A stretch of 64,000 nt of DNA from Myxococcales bacterium. Lineage in GTDB: Bacteria; Desulfobacterota; Binatia; HRBIN30. The translations under genes and the position numbers were made by a program. Positions within the stretch are counted from its first letter, which is position 1, and each line of letters begins with the position of its first letter. Shown here piece by piece: positions 1 to 9,704 of the stretch. The DNA lies in the NCBI GenBank assembly GCA_037445065.1, contig JBBILD010000007.1, forward strand, positions 64,001 to 128,000, read 5' to 3'. Below the pieces are notes generated by a model. That model saw only the letters and a list, made by a program, of their open reading frames with translations. It did no database searches and was not told the origin of the DNA.

Positions 1-10
1 AGTCCGGCAG

Positions 11-946
11 GTGGAGGGAGTGGCAGCTGCGGTGGGCATGACCTGGTTCGGCGGCGCGTATGAGGAAGAAGGGCGCGTTACGTTCCCGAATTTCGCGGTG
101 GAGGCCGAGTACGTCGGGGCTGTCTACCCAGATTACGGCATCCCCAAAGAACAACTGGAGGATTTCCGCCGCTACCGCGACGGGGCCATCGTCGGGCGCC
201 AGACGATGCGCAAATACAACTGGAAGATCGGTGACCGGATCACGCTCAAGAGCAACTTGTGGCCGGTGGCCTTGGACCTGCGCATCGTCGGCGAAATTCC
301 ACAAGAGCGGGCACCCATGCTCTGGCTTCAGCGCGCATACCTGGACGAAGCCTTGCTCGCCGCGCGCGGACGGGGGCTCGAAATTGTCGGCATCGTGTGG
401 GCGCGGGTGGAGGACCCAGAGCGGGTCGACCAAGTCATGCAGGCCATTGACGATCTCTTCCGCAACAGCGAGGCCGAAACAGCCAGCGAAACCGAGAAAA
501 GCTTTTTCGGGAACTTTTTCGGTTCGCTCAAAGGCTTTGTCACCGTGATCTTGGTGGTCACCGCATTGGTTGCGCTTTGCATCGTGGTGATCGCTGCCAA
601 CACGGCTTCCATGGCGGTGCGCGAGCGGCACGGAGAGATCGCTGTACTCAAGGCCATCGGTTTTTCCCGCCGGCGCATCTTTGCGGCGCTGTTGGCAGAA
701 TCTACCCTGCTCTGCACCAGCGCCGGGCTCACTGGTGTGGCTCTCGCCTACGGCTTTGCTCAGGCACTGCGCAGCTTCGCGGGGTGGAGCCCAGCCCTCG
801 GGCCGCTGGGCAGCTTTCTGGTCACTCCGGGGGTGGCCCTGCGCGGTGTGCTGCTTGCCTTGGCGGTGGGCTTCATCTCCGGGCTCCTGCCCGCTTGGGG
901 AGCAGCGCGCAAACCCGTTGCCCAGTCGCTGCACGAAGTCTTCTGA
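11..946 (+). CDS. ABC transporter permease, MacB/FtsX family (5' end probably upstream of the window)
   Basis: FtsX-type C-terminal motif 'ANTASMAVRERHGEIAVLKAIGFS' followed by TM helices; periplasmic domain N-terminal. Confidence 0.88.
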   Translation: MEGVAAAVGMTWFGGAYEEEGRVTFPNFAVEAEYVGAVYPDYGIPKEQLEDFRRYRDGAIVGRQTMRKYNWKIGDRITLKSNLWPVALDLRIVGEIPQERAPMLWLQRAYLDEALLAARGRGLEIVGIVWARVEDPERVDQVMQAIDDLFRNSEAETASETEKSFFGNFFGSLKGFVTVILVVTALVALCIVVIAANTASMAVRERHGEIAVLKAIGFSRRRIFAALLAESTLLCTSAGLTGVALAYGFAQALRSFAGWSPALGPLGSFLVTPGVALRGVLLALAVGFISGLLPAWGAARKPVAQSLHEVF

Positions 947-958
947 GGGTGGCCCCAC

Positions 959-2134
959 ATGTTGCCGCTGTCGTACAGTTTGAAAAACCTGTGGGCACGC
1001 CCGCTGCGCTCGGCGATGACCGCGCTGGTGATCGCGCTCGTGGTGGTGGCGACCAGTTTGTTTCTCGGGCTGATCTCGAGCCTCAAGCGAACGTTGGTCG
1101 GCACCGGCCATCCGCAAAACCTCGTGGTCATGCGCAAGGGTTCGGACAACGACGGCGCCTCCGCCTTGCCGCAGGAAGCGTACCAGGCCATCCGCTTTCT
1201 CGACGGCATTGCCCGTAACGCCGCCGACCAGCCACTGGTCAGCCCGGAACTGGTTGTACAGCCCTTCTTCCGGACACTCGATGGCGGGCGAGAAAACGTG
1301 CTGGTGCGTGGTGTCGAGCCCATTGCGCTCGAAGTGCACGATCAGGTGCAAATCGTCGAAGGGCGCATGTTTCGCCCCAGTGCCGCGGAGACAATTGTCG
1401 GGCGAGCGGTAGCCGGCCGCTATCGCGGCACCACGCTCGGCAGCGAACTCGAGTTCGGGCGCGGGCGCTGGAAAGTGGTCGGGATCTTCACCGCCGCCGG
1501 CTCGTCCTTCGAAAGCGAGGTGTGGGTAGATGTGCGCGAGCTGGCCAACGATGCCAAACGGCCCCTCCCGTACTCGGGCATTCGCCTGCGCGCCGCAACG
1601 GAAGGGGATCTGGTAGCGCTGCAAGAGCGTATCGAGAACGACCCCCGTTTTGCGCTGCAGGCGCAACGGGAAACGGACTACTACGCCAAGCAGTCGGAAT
1701 CGGCCAATTCCTTGTACGTGTTGGTCGTCGCGATTGCGTTGTTTTCCGGGATTGGCGCGGGCTTTGGTGCCGCCAACACGATGTACGCTGCGGTACAGAG
1801 CCGCATCGCGGAAATTGGGACGCTGCGTGCCATCGGCTTTTCCCGCGCCAGCATTTTGTTTTCGTTTCAACTCGAGGCGCTGCTGCTCGCCATCGCCGGT
1901 TTCGCCGTGGGGAGCCTGATCGCCGTGCTGTTCGCAGCCAGTCTCGGCTCCTGGCTCAAAGGCATCGCCTTCGGTGCTGCCACGTTTACGACCAACGTGG
2001 TTACGCTCGAGGTACGCGCCAGCGATCTCCTCGTTGCTCTGCTCTTAGCCCTCGGCATCGGGCTCAGCAGCGGCTTTGGCCCAGCGTTTCGTGCCGCGCG
2101 CATGCGCCCGATGGAGGCTCTGCGTCGCGGTTGA
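959..2134 (+). CDS. ABC transporter permease, MacB/FtsX family
   Basis: N-terminal 'YSLKNLWARPLRSAMTAL' plus TM, periplasmic domain, 'NTMYAAVQSRIAEIGTLRAIGFS' FtsX motif. Confidence 0.9.
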   Translation: MLPLSYSLKNLWARPLRSAMTALVIALVVVATSLFLGLISSLKRTLVGTGHPQNLVVMRKGSDNDGASALPQEAYQAIRFLDGIARNAADQPLVSPELVVQPFFRTLDGGRENVLVRGVEPIALEVHDQVQIVEGRMFRPSAAETIVGRAVAGRYRGTTLGSELEFGRGRWKVVGIFTAAGSSFESEVWVDVRELANDAKRPLPYSGIRLRAATEGDLVALQERIENDPRFALQAQRETDYYAKQSESANSLYVLVVAIALFSGIGAGFGAANTMYAAVQSRIAEIGTLRAIGFSRASILFSFQLEALLLAIAGFAVGSLIAVLFAASLGSWLKGIAFGAATFTTNVVTLEVRASDLLVALLLALGIGLSSGFGPAFRAARMRPMEALRRG

Positions 2135-2186
2135 CGCAACGGGGCTCGTTTGCAGCACCAACTCTGGTAGTGTGCAGGGAGCACCT

Positions 2187-3398
2187 ATGAGCGACCAGCG
2201 AATCGAAGAACACGTGGCTCGCGAGGCACTCGAGGCGCTGCGCCTCGACCGCGAGCAGGCATGGTCTCCGCGCCAGCGCCGCTGGCGCTGGTGGTGGGTG
2301 GGATTGTTGCCACTGGCAATTGTCGCACTGGGCCTGTGGCGACACTTGCAGGCGGTGCCGGTGGTGAGCGTTGCCGAAGTTACGCGCGCCACTGCGAGCG
2401 AGCTGGGTCCGCTGCCCGTGCTGTCCGGTTCCGGGTACATCGTCACCGGCGAGCGCTACGTGTCCATCGGGGTGCGCGTGCCGGGCCGCATCGAGCGCTA
2501 CTTCGTCGAGGAAGGGCAAACCGTACGCAAAGGCGACCCGCTCGTGCAACTCGACGATCGAGACTATCTCGCCCAAGTGCGCCGCGCCGAGTCCGCCCTC
2601 GCCTCAGCCCGCGCGAGCCTGGAACTCGCTCTGGCTGACCTACAGCGCATTCGCGCTCTGCACGAACAGGGGGTCGTGTCGCAGCAGGAGCGCGATGCTC
2701 AAGAGAGCCGCGCTCGGGTCGCTCGGGCCGCCGTGGAGTCAGCAGAGGCCGAGCTGGAGCAAGCACGCGTCAACCTCGATTACACGATTTTGCGCGCGCC
2801 GACCGACGGCGTCATCCTGGCGAAAACCAAGGAAGTGGGCGAAATCGCCGTGCCTGGTGGCTTCGCCGGTTCCGGCGACCTGATACGCATGGCCAACCTG
2901 TCCGATATCCGCGCCCAAGTGGATGTCAACGAAGCCGACCTGAGCCGGGTTTCCCTCGGGCAGCGGGCAGTGGTGACCCCGGATGCCTATCCGCAAGCGC
3001 AGTACGAGGCCGAGGTGGTCAAATTCTACCCGCAGGTAGACCGCGCCAAGGGTACGCTGCGGATCGAGGTGCGCCTGCGCGCTCCCGACGAAAAACTGCT
3101 GCCCGACATGAGTGCGCGCATTACGTTTCTCGCCGATCCGCAAAAATCCGCGGATGGCTCCGAGCCGCTCATCTTGGTCCCGAGCAGCGCCCTGCGCAGA
3201 AATTCGACTGGGCAGAACTTCGTCTGGGTCGTTGCCAGCAACGGGCGCGTGCAGGCGCAGCCGATTCGAACCGGCACCGCCTTCGGAGGCAGAGTCCAGG
3301 TCCTGGAGGGACTGCGCGGTGGTGAGCAGGTCGTGGTCAGCAACGTCCCACTTTCTGACGGGCAAGCCGTGCGCATCGCCAACGGGTCCGGCTCGTAG
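2187..3398 (+). CDS. Periplasmic adaptor (MacA/HlyD membrane fusion protein)
   Basis: Single N-terminal TM, lipoyl half-motifs 'GRIERYFVEEGQTVRKGDPLVQLD' and 'IRAPTDGVI'-like, coiled coil; start moved to ATG 2187 after GGGAG. Confidence 0.9.
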   Translation: MSDQRIEEHVAREALEALRLDREQAWSPRQRRWRWWWVGLLPLAIVALGLWRHLQAVPVVSVAEVTRATASELGPLPVLSGSGYIVTGERYVSIGVRVPGRIERYFVEEGQTVRKGDPLVQLDDRDYLAQVRRAESALASARASLELALADLQRIRALHEQGVVSQQERDAQESRARVARAAVESAEAELEQARVNLDYTILRAPTDGVILAKTKEVGEIAVPGGFAGSGDLIRMANLSDIRAQVDVNEADLSRVSLGQRAVVTPDAYPQAQYEAEVVKFYPQVDRAKGTLRIEVRLRAPDEKLLPDMSARITFLADPQKSADGSEPLILVPSSALRRNSTGQNFVWVVASNGRVQAQPIRTGTAFGGRVQVLEGLRGGEQVVVSNVPLSDGQAVRIANGSGS

Positions 3399-3572
3399 CG
3401 ACGAAGTTGGCCGGTCGCGCTGTCCCGCGTCTCATCGTACTCGCACGCTGAACAGCTCGAGCGGCAGGCAACGAGCGTTCCCAGCAGCGCAGGAGTGTCG
3501 CCTCGGCTGCCACCGTGCCAGTGGCGCTTCGGCACCGTGCCGGTGCGGCCGGGCGAGAGCCGTGCATCCTCG

Positions 3573-4889
3573 CTAGCGGATCCCTGTCCGGCTCCGAGTG
3601 CGGGCGCGAAACCAAAGGTAAAACGGCAGGCCACTCGCGCTCACTGCCAGCGCCAACGTGCACTCGAGGGGACGGCCCACCAGCATCGCCAAGGCGATGC
3701 CGGCGTTGGCGAGCAAATAGATCGCGGGCAGCCATGGGTACCCCCATGCTCGATAAGGCCGCGGTTGGTGCGCACGGCGCCAGCGCAACACGAACAAGGC
3801 CGTCGTATCGGCCATGGTAGCGAGGACGATGGCGAAGGTGGTGTAGTCGAGCACGCTCGGGAAGCGCTGCAACACGGCCACCAGCGCAGCGGCAGTGGCC
3901 GCCTGCACGACAATGGCCCGGTGCGGGGTACCGAAGCGGGCATGAACTCGATCCACGCCCGGGAAGTAATCGTCCAAACTCATCGCGTACGCGATGCGCG
4001 GGCCCACCAAAATCGTTGCATTCAAGCAACCGAGCACCGAGGCGAGCACGAGCAGGGCGACGACGGCTGCTCCGATCGGCCCGAACAGCCGCTCCGCCGC
4101 CGCCTCGCCGCTGCGCACGGTGCCCGCGAGTTGCTCGATCGGAAGCGCGTAGAGGTAGGCAACGTTGAGCAGCAGATAGAGCGCCGTACAAATCGCCAAC
4201 CCGAGAAACAACGAGCGCGGGATATTTCTTCCCGGCGAGCGGATTTCGCTCGCCACGTAGACCGGAGCGTTCCACCCGAGGTAACTAAAGAGCACGGGCG
4301 AAAGGGCAAGCGCGAAGCTCGACACGAGTTGCGGCTCTCCCGCCGGCAGCAGCGGCGCGAAGTGCCCCCATGAGCCACCACTGCTCGCCAGGCCCCAAAG
4401 CGGCAACAAAACCATGGCGGCAATCTTGAGCAGCGCGGTTCCATTGTTCACTTGCGCCCCGCGGCGCACGCCCCAGTAGTTCACCGCCGAAGTCGCGGCG
4501 ATCAGGAAGACCGCCAGCACGGATGCGGTAAGCGGTCCGAGTGGCAGGAAACGCTCGAGACCCGCAGCAAAGCCGACCGCCAAGGTGGCGATCGTGCCAG
4601 CGTAGATCACAAAAAACGAGAGCCATCCGACCAAAAACCCGGCCAAGGGATGGTAGGCTTCACGCAGATAGACGTAATTGCCACCTGCGTGCGGGAACAT
4701 GGCCCCGAGTTCGGCATTGGCGAGCGCTCCCATGAGCGAGAGCGCGCCACCGACGACCCACGCAAGCAAGAATAAACCCGGGTGTGGCACACTGGCCGCA
4801 ATCGCGCCCGGGGTCAGGAAAATACCGGCGCCGATGATCGAAGAAACACAAAGGAGCGTGGCATCCCAGAGCCCCAGCTCGCGCCGCAA
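3573..4889 (-). CDS. Amino acid permease (APC superfamily, LAT-like)
   Basis: 'SSIIGAGIFLTPG', 'AELGAMFPHAGGNYVYLREAY', 'YLGWN', 'PRPYRAWGYP'; about 12 TM helices; TTG start uncertain. Confidence 0.92.
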   Translation of the reverse strand: MRRELGLWDATLLCVSSIIGAGIFLTPGAIAASVPHPGLFLLAWVVGGALSLMGALANAELGAMFPHAGGNYVYLREAYHPLAGFLVGWLSFFVIYAGTIATLAVGFAAGLERFLPLGPLTASVLAVFLIAATSAVNYWGVRRGAQVNNGTALLKIAAMVLLPLWGLASSGGSWGHFAPLLPAGEPQLVSSFALALSPVLFSYLGWNAPVYVASEIRSPGRNIPRSLFLGLAICTALYLLLNVAYLYALPIEQLAGTVRSGEAAAERLFGPIGAAVVALLVLASVLGCLNATILVGPRIAYAMSLDDYFPGVDRVHARFGTPHRAIVVQAATAAALVAVLQRFPSVLDYTTFAIVLATMADTTALFVLRWRRAHQPRPYRAWGYPWLPAIYLLANAGIALAMLVGRPLECTLALAVSASGLPFYLWFRARTRSRTGIR

Positions 4890-4992
4890 ACGGTCGCGCG
4901 GATGGCGGTCCAGGGCGAGCGCCGCCTCGCCGGAAGGCGCCCGTTCGGGCCGTTCAAACGAACCCGCAGCGAACAGCGGCGTGGTCGTGCCC

Positions 4993-6123
4993 TCAGACCG
5001 TGAAAATGTGAATCGTGCAGGCGGAGCCGAGCCCGATCACGTGGGCGAGTCCCACCTTGGCGTTCTCTACCTGGCGGGCACCCGCTTCGCCGCGCAAGTG
5101 GGTGACGATCTCATAAATGTTCGCAACCCCGGTGGCGCCAAGTGGGTGTCCTTTGGAGAGCAAGCCGCCGCTCACGTTGACCGGTAGGCGCCCGCCCCAT
5201 TCGAACCATCCCTCGTCCACCGCGCGCGCCGCCTCTCCTTCCGCGCACAAGCCCAAATTCTCGTAGTGCAAGAGTTCGGCGGTGGCAAAACAATCGTGCA
5301 GCTCCACCAAGTCGAGGTCCTCGGGCCCAATCCCCGCGCGCTCGTAGGCTTGCTTGGCGGCATTCCGGGTCAGGGTGTTCACGTCCGGCAGGGTCAGATC
5401 GCGCTCCGTCCACGGATCCGAAGTCAGTACAGAACACGCTACCTTCACCGCCTTGCGATCGGATTTCTTCGTGACCGACTCCGAGACCAGCACCGCGGCA
5501 GCGGCCCCGTCTCCAGTTGGGCAGCACATGTAAAGCGTGTTCGGATAGGCCACCATGCGCGCCTTGAGCACGTCCTCCAGGCTCACCTCTACCTGGTACT
5601 GGGAAAGCGGGTTTTTAGTGGAGTGCTTGTGATTCTTCACCGAGATTTTCGCAAAATGCTCCACCTTCGTGCCGTACTTCCGCATGTGCTCGACGCCGGC
5701 CTGCGCGAACACGGCAGGCATGAGCCCGCTACCCAAAATGCCTTCCACACTCTCGCGCCTTTCCCCGGCGCCGAGCAAACCGGCCTTGCCCATTTGCTCC
5801 GATCCCACCGCCAGGGCGATATCGTATTCGCCGCTGCCCACGGCAAAGTACGCCTCGCGAAAGGCGGTGGAGCCGGTGGCGCAAGCGTTGGCCACGTTGA
5901 CCACGGGGATCCCGGTCTGGCCGATTTGCTGGAGGATGCGCTGCCCGACCATGGCGTGCGACTGAAACAAGTTCCCGCTCGCCAGTAGTTGCACGTCATC
6001 AATGGTCATCCCGGCGTCCTGCAGCGCGAGCAGAGCGGCCTCGGCCGCGAGTTCGGCAACGTCTTTATCCGGATAGCGGCCAAATTTGATCATCCCGACC
6101 CCGAGCACGTAAACATCTCGCAT
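4993..6123 (-). CDS. Thiolase, SCP2/lipid-transfer-protein type
   Basis: 'NACATG' catalytic Cys, 'ELHDCF', 'NVSGGLLSKGHPLGATG'. Confidence 0.93.
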   Translation of the reverse strand: MRDVYVLGVGMIKFGRYPDKDVAELAAEAALLALQDAGMTIDDVQLLASGNLFQSHAMVGQRILQQIGQTGIPVVNVANACATGSTAFREAYFAVGSGEYDIALAVGSEQMGKAGLLGAGERRESVEGILGSGLMPAVFAQAGVEHMRKYGTKVEHFAKISVKNHKHSTKNPLSQYQVEVSLEDVLKARMVAYPNTLYMCCPTGDGAAAAVLVSESVTKKSDRKAVKVACSVLTSDPWTERDLTLPDVNTLTRNAAKQAYERAGIGPEDLDLVELHDCFATAELLHYENLGLCAEGEAARAVDEGWFEWGGRLPVNVSGGLLSKGHPLGATGVANIYEIVTHLRGEAGARQVENAKVGLAHVIGLGSACTIHIFTV

Positions 6124-6179
6124 GGTTAGCCTCCTCTTCCAGTTCCTACTCGCCTACTCGGCCGTCGCCTCGTCGTTTC

Positions 6180-6635
6180 TTAGCGCGCCTCGGCGGCTTG
6201 CACTGGACGGAAAAAAAAGGCGATGACGTCATTGCCATCCTTGTCCTCGCGGACTTTGCGAGTCACCATTTCCACCGGCATTCCGAAGGGGATGCGACTC
6301 GGGTCTGGCTCCACGTCCACTAGCGTGCAACGTACGCTGATCCCTTCGGGCAGGTCCACGATTGCCGCCACATACGGAACCGGCACGCCAGGCATGGACT
6401 GGTGGACGATCGAGTACGTCCACAGCGTGCCGCGATCGCTCACCCGTGTTTCCTCGAAGGCCCCAGCGTAATGGCAGCGGGCGCAGGCCACCCGCTTGCC
6501 CCAGTACAGCGCACCGCAGCGCGGGCACCTCTTGGCCACCAAGTACGGCTTCTCTCCACGCTCTCCTAAGCGCAAAAATGGCACGATCGGGCGTTGCGGG
6601 CGCGGCTGGGCTGCCTCGCTCTGTGCTTCTCCCAT
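6180..6635 (-). CDS. DUF35 Zn-ribbon/OB-fold acyl-CoA-binding protein (thiolase partner)
   Basis: CPRC...CARC Zn ribbon, 'GTLWTYSIVH', 'GMPVEM', 'FFFRP'; directly upstream of thiolase; ATG 6635 chosen (GTG 6683 alternative). Confidence 0.9.
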   Translation of the reverse strand: MGEAQSEAAQPRPQRPIVPFLRLGERGEKPYLVAKRCPRCGALYWGKRVACARCHYAGAFEETRVSDRGTLWTYSIVHQSMPGVPVPYVAAIVDLPEGISVRCTLVDVEPDPSRIPFGMPVEMVTRKVREDKDGNDVIAFFFRPVQAAEAR

Positions 6636-6698
6636 GCTTTGTTCCTCCGGCTTGTGCAACTCGCGAAGTCCGAGCTTTTTCACGGGTGCACCGTTGAA

Positions 6699-7718
6699 TC
6701 AAGGCTGTGGCGACACCCGCCGTGCCGCGGGCAGCGGCGGCTGCCGCGTCACCATCGCAATGGCCGCAAACACGAGAACACCCCCAATCGCGTGCCACCA
6801 CGTGAGCGGCTCGTGCAGGAGATAGGCAGCCAGCACACTCGCCAGCACTGGTACGGCAAGAAACGTGATCGAGATGGTGAAGGCAGAGACGTGCTGGTGC
6901 GCCCAGTTCGACAGCGCATGGCCTAGCGTCCCTGGAAACCAGGCAATCCAGAGCAGCCCCAACCAGTCCCACCCGCGCGGCGAGTCGAGTTTCTGGCCGG
7001 TGGCCAAGGCCACGCCGGTGAGCAACACGGCAGCGGTGCTAGTGAGCCCCGCCACGTATTCCCAGGTAGAAAGCCACTGGCGGATTCGTTTGGAGGCGAG
7101 AAAGTACGCGGTGAAGGCAAACAAGTTGAGCGTGGCGAGCAAGTCGCCAGCCGGGCTCCACGCCAAACCCTGGCTCGAGCCCACGATCACCAAGCTGACT
7201 CCGGCCACTGCCAGCAAGCACCACAACCATGCTGCCTTGCCGCTGCGTTCGCCGAACATGCGTCCTGCCACCAGCAGCACCAGAACCGGCTGCAAAGCAC
7301 CGAGCACCGTTACGTTGGCCACGCTCGTGAGTTTGAGGCTGGTGAAGAACAGCACCTGATGGAGGGCGAACAACGATCCTCCGATCAACGAGGCCACACA
7401 CCAATCGCGGTCGAGCAGCGCTGGCCGGCGGCTCCACAACACCGGCAGCCAAACCACCGGCAAAGCAAACCACAAGCGGTAGAAGGAAACCACGATGCCA
7501 CTCGTGGAGACGAGTTTCGCCACCACGTTGCTCGCACTCCACACCAACACCACAACGGCCAGGGCAGCAAGGCCGAGCTCGGGCCGCGTGGCGCCAGCCG
7601 CCACAGGACGAGCGGAGGCTCGGCGCCGCTCCCGTACCGGGTCGTTACGGTTGTCTATCGGGTGGGCCGAGGAACTCACTCTGGCCACGGGTACCGATCC
7701 AGCGGAAAGGCATGGCAC
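6699..7718 (-). CDS. DMT/EamA family transporter
   Basis: Two EamA repeats, about 10 TM ('LKLTSVANVTVLGALQPV', 'LAVPVLASVLAAYLLHEPL'); true start may be downstream. Confidence 0.88.
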   Translation of the reverse strand: MPCLSAGSVPVARVSSSAHPIDNRNDPVRERRRASARPVAAGATRPELGLAALAVVVLVWSASNVVAKLVSTSGIVVSFYRLWFALPVVWLPVLWSRRPALLDRDWCVASLIGGSLFALHQVLFFTSLKLTSVANVTVLGALQPVLVLLVAGRMFGERSGKAAWLWCLLAVAGVSLVIVGSSQGLAWSPAGDLLATLNLFAFTAYFLASKRIRQWLSTWEYVAGLTSTAAVLLTGVALATGQKLDSPRGWDWLGLLWIAWFPGTLGHALSNWAHQHVSAFTISITFLAVPVLASVLAAYLLHEPLTWWHAIGGVLVFAAIAMVTRQPPLPAARRVSPQP

Positions 7719-9520
7719 TCCGTGCGCGCCTGGTAGTCAGTGGCGGAGAAGACGCGGCCCCACTCGACCAGGTAGCGATACACGGTGCAGCGCTCGCGCG
7801 CCGAACGAAGCCGCGTGTCGTGCGGCAATTCCGCGAGGATTGCCTGCGCTACCTCCTGCCCGCTCTGCATGCGAATCCCACCGCCAGCGGGCGTGTCGAA
7901 CACGAGAAACCGCGGCGCCTTCGCATCCCACGGCAACCATTCGGGCAAGGTGCCGTCCTGGCCCCGCGCCGGCGCGCCGCTGGCAGCAAAGCGGCTCCAG
8001 TACTGCATCATCGCGGAACTCAGCCACAGGCGTCCGTCGCGATTGGCGGCAGTGAACATGCGGTTTCCCAGGCGCCCGAGATCGAAGTGCCCGAACACGA
8101 ACGGGATCTCAAAGCCGTGCGCCGCTCCGAGCAGGGCAGAAAGATCGGTGCCCCACAAGCGAGGCTGCTCATCCCAATCGAAGCGGTACACAAAGACCGT
8201 TCCCTCTTGTTCCGCAATGGCTTGCGCCGGCTCGTCCGCCCCAGTGGCCTTCCACAGGCGCGACATGTACTCGGCGAGTACACCGTAGAGTCGCTCGTTG
8301 CGGATGCGGGGCAAAACCCACAAACGGTAGCGCACCAAATCTCTGTCCTGAGAAAGGAACAGCTTGTTTTCGTCGCGGTTGGTGCCGACGATCACCGGAA
8401 CTCGCTGCCCTCCGCCCGCGCGCAGCACCTCGAGCGGCTCGCGCGCCGGCAGCACGTGGCCGTCGCGAAACACGAGCGGCATGCGGATCATGCCGGAGGG
8501 CTGAGGCTGGTAAAGAGCGAGGAAGGTACGAGCCGGCACCGACCTGAGTTCGGCGGCAAGCTCGGCCGGCGCCGCCTTTGCGAGGCGCTCGAGTGCTGCT
8601 TCCCGGCTGCCCGCCTGCTCGCTCAGGTAGCGCAGGACCACCTCGGCGCCGCCGTTCGGGTCGCCACCCTGATCCACCGGCACATCGGCGCGGCCCGGTT
8701 CCGCAAACCGCAAGCCACCACTCTGCACAATGGCGCGGTGGAAAAGCCCGCTCGCGGCCGGGGAGAGCAACAAGCTAAAGACATTCGTTCCACCCGCCGA
8801 CTCACCAAAGATCGTCACCCGGCTCGGATCGCCTCCGAAGGCGGAGATGTTTTCTTGCACCCACTGCAAGGCGCGAATGAGGTCCAACGTGCCGAAATTT
8901 CCTGAAGCATCGCGCAAGTTGTCGGCCTGGGCACGCAAAACCGGATGGCGAAACCACCCGAAGGGCCCTAGTCGGTACTGCACCGTGACCACGATCACGC
9001 GCCCAGCCACCGCCAAGTGGCCACCTACGTAGAAGCGCGCGCTTCCGATCGTGTTCCCACCGCCATGGATCCACACCATGACCGGCAAGCGTGGAGGATT
9101 GGCGCGCAACTCCTGCGGCGTAAATCGCGGTGCCCAAATGTTGAGCGTGAGGCAATCCTCGTCGCCGACCACCTCGCCGGCGCGGCCTTCCACTCCACCG
9201 AGGGGGCTTGCGTATTGCACGCACGGGGCTCCGAAATGGGTCGCGACCAGGGCCTCTTTCCACGGCGGCACTGGCTCGGGGGCGCGCCAGCGGCGCCCTC
9301 CGACCGGCGGGGCAGCATACGGGATCCCCAGCCACGCGTCGCTCTGGTAACTGTGCTCCATCCCGATTACGGGCCCGGCCGGCGGCTCGCGGTACGTGCG
9401 TGGGTCGGGCTGGCCGACCCTCGGCCCCCGTGGCCGGCAGGCGAAGGCCGCCAAGCAAAGCACAAGACAGGCGAGGATCCACAAAAGGCCCAAGTTGCCG
9501 GAACGCGTCTGCCGTCTCAT
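7676..9520 (-). CDS. Type-B carboxylesterase/lipase, probably exported lipoprotein
   Basis: 'LGIPYAAPPVG', 'EDCLTLNIW', HGGG oxyanion motif, GESAG nucleophile, 'GTNRDE', 'AAHGFEI'; hydrophobic N-terminus ending 'AAFAC'. Confidence 0.92.
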   Translation of the reverse strand: MRRQTRSGNLGLLWILACLVLCLAAFACRPRGPRVGQPDPRTYREPPAGPVIGMEHSYQSDAWLGIPYAAPPVGGRRWRAPEPVPPWKEALVATHFGAPCVQYASPLGGVEGRAGEVVGDEDCLTLNIWAPRFTPQELRANPPRLPVMVWIHGGGNTIGSARFYVGGHLAVAGRVIVVTVQYRLGPFGWFRHPVLRAQADNLRDASGNFGTLDLIRALQWVQENISAFGGDPSRVTIFGESAGGTNVFSLLLSPAASGLFHRAIVQSGGLRFAEPGRADVPVDQGGDPNGGAEVVLRYLSEQAGSREAALERLAKAAPAELAAELRSVPARTFLALYQPQPSGMIRMPLVFRDGHVLPAREPLEVLRAGGGQRVPVIVGTNRDENKLFLSQDRDLVRYRLWVLPRIRNERLYGVLAEYMSRLWKATGADEPAQAIAEQEGTVFVYRFDWDEQPRLWGTDLSALLGAAHGFEIPFVFGHFDLGRLGNRMFTAANRDGRLWLSSAMMQYWSRFAASGAPARGQDGTLPEWLPWDAKAPRFLVFDTPAGGGIRMQSGQEVAQAILAELPHDTRLRSARERCTVYRYLVEWGRVFSATDYQARTECHAFPLDRYPWPE

Positions 9521-9704
9521 TCCCTCACTGCTACTCGCATGCGCGCACAAACGAAAGCCGGGCCTCGTCCGCAGTTCCCACGCTCTTGGCTAAGAAAGAG
9601 ACGCTGGCGAGAAAAGAGAAAGGATTGCTCAAGTTGACACAAGCCGCGACTGCATGCGAGCTTCGAGCACTTCGATTACGGGCCAGGCAGCCACGGAGGC
9701 AACC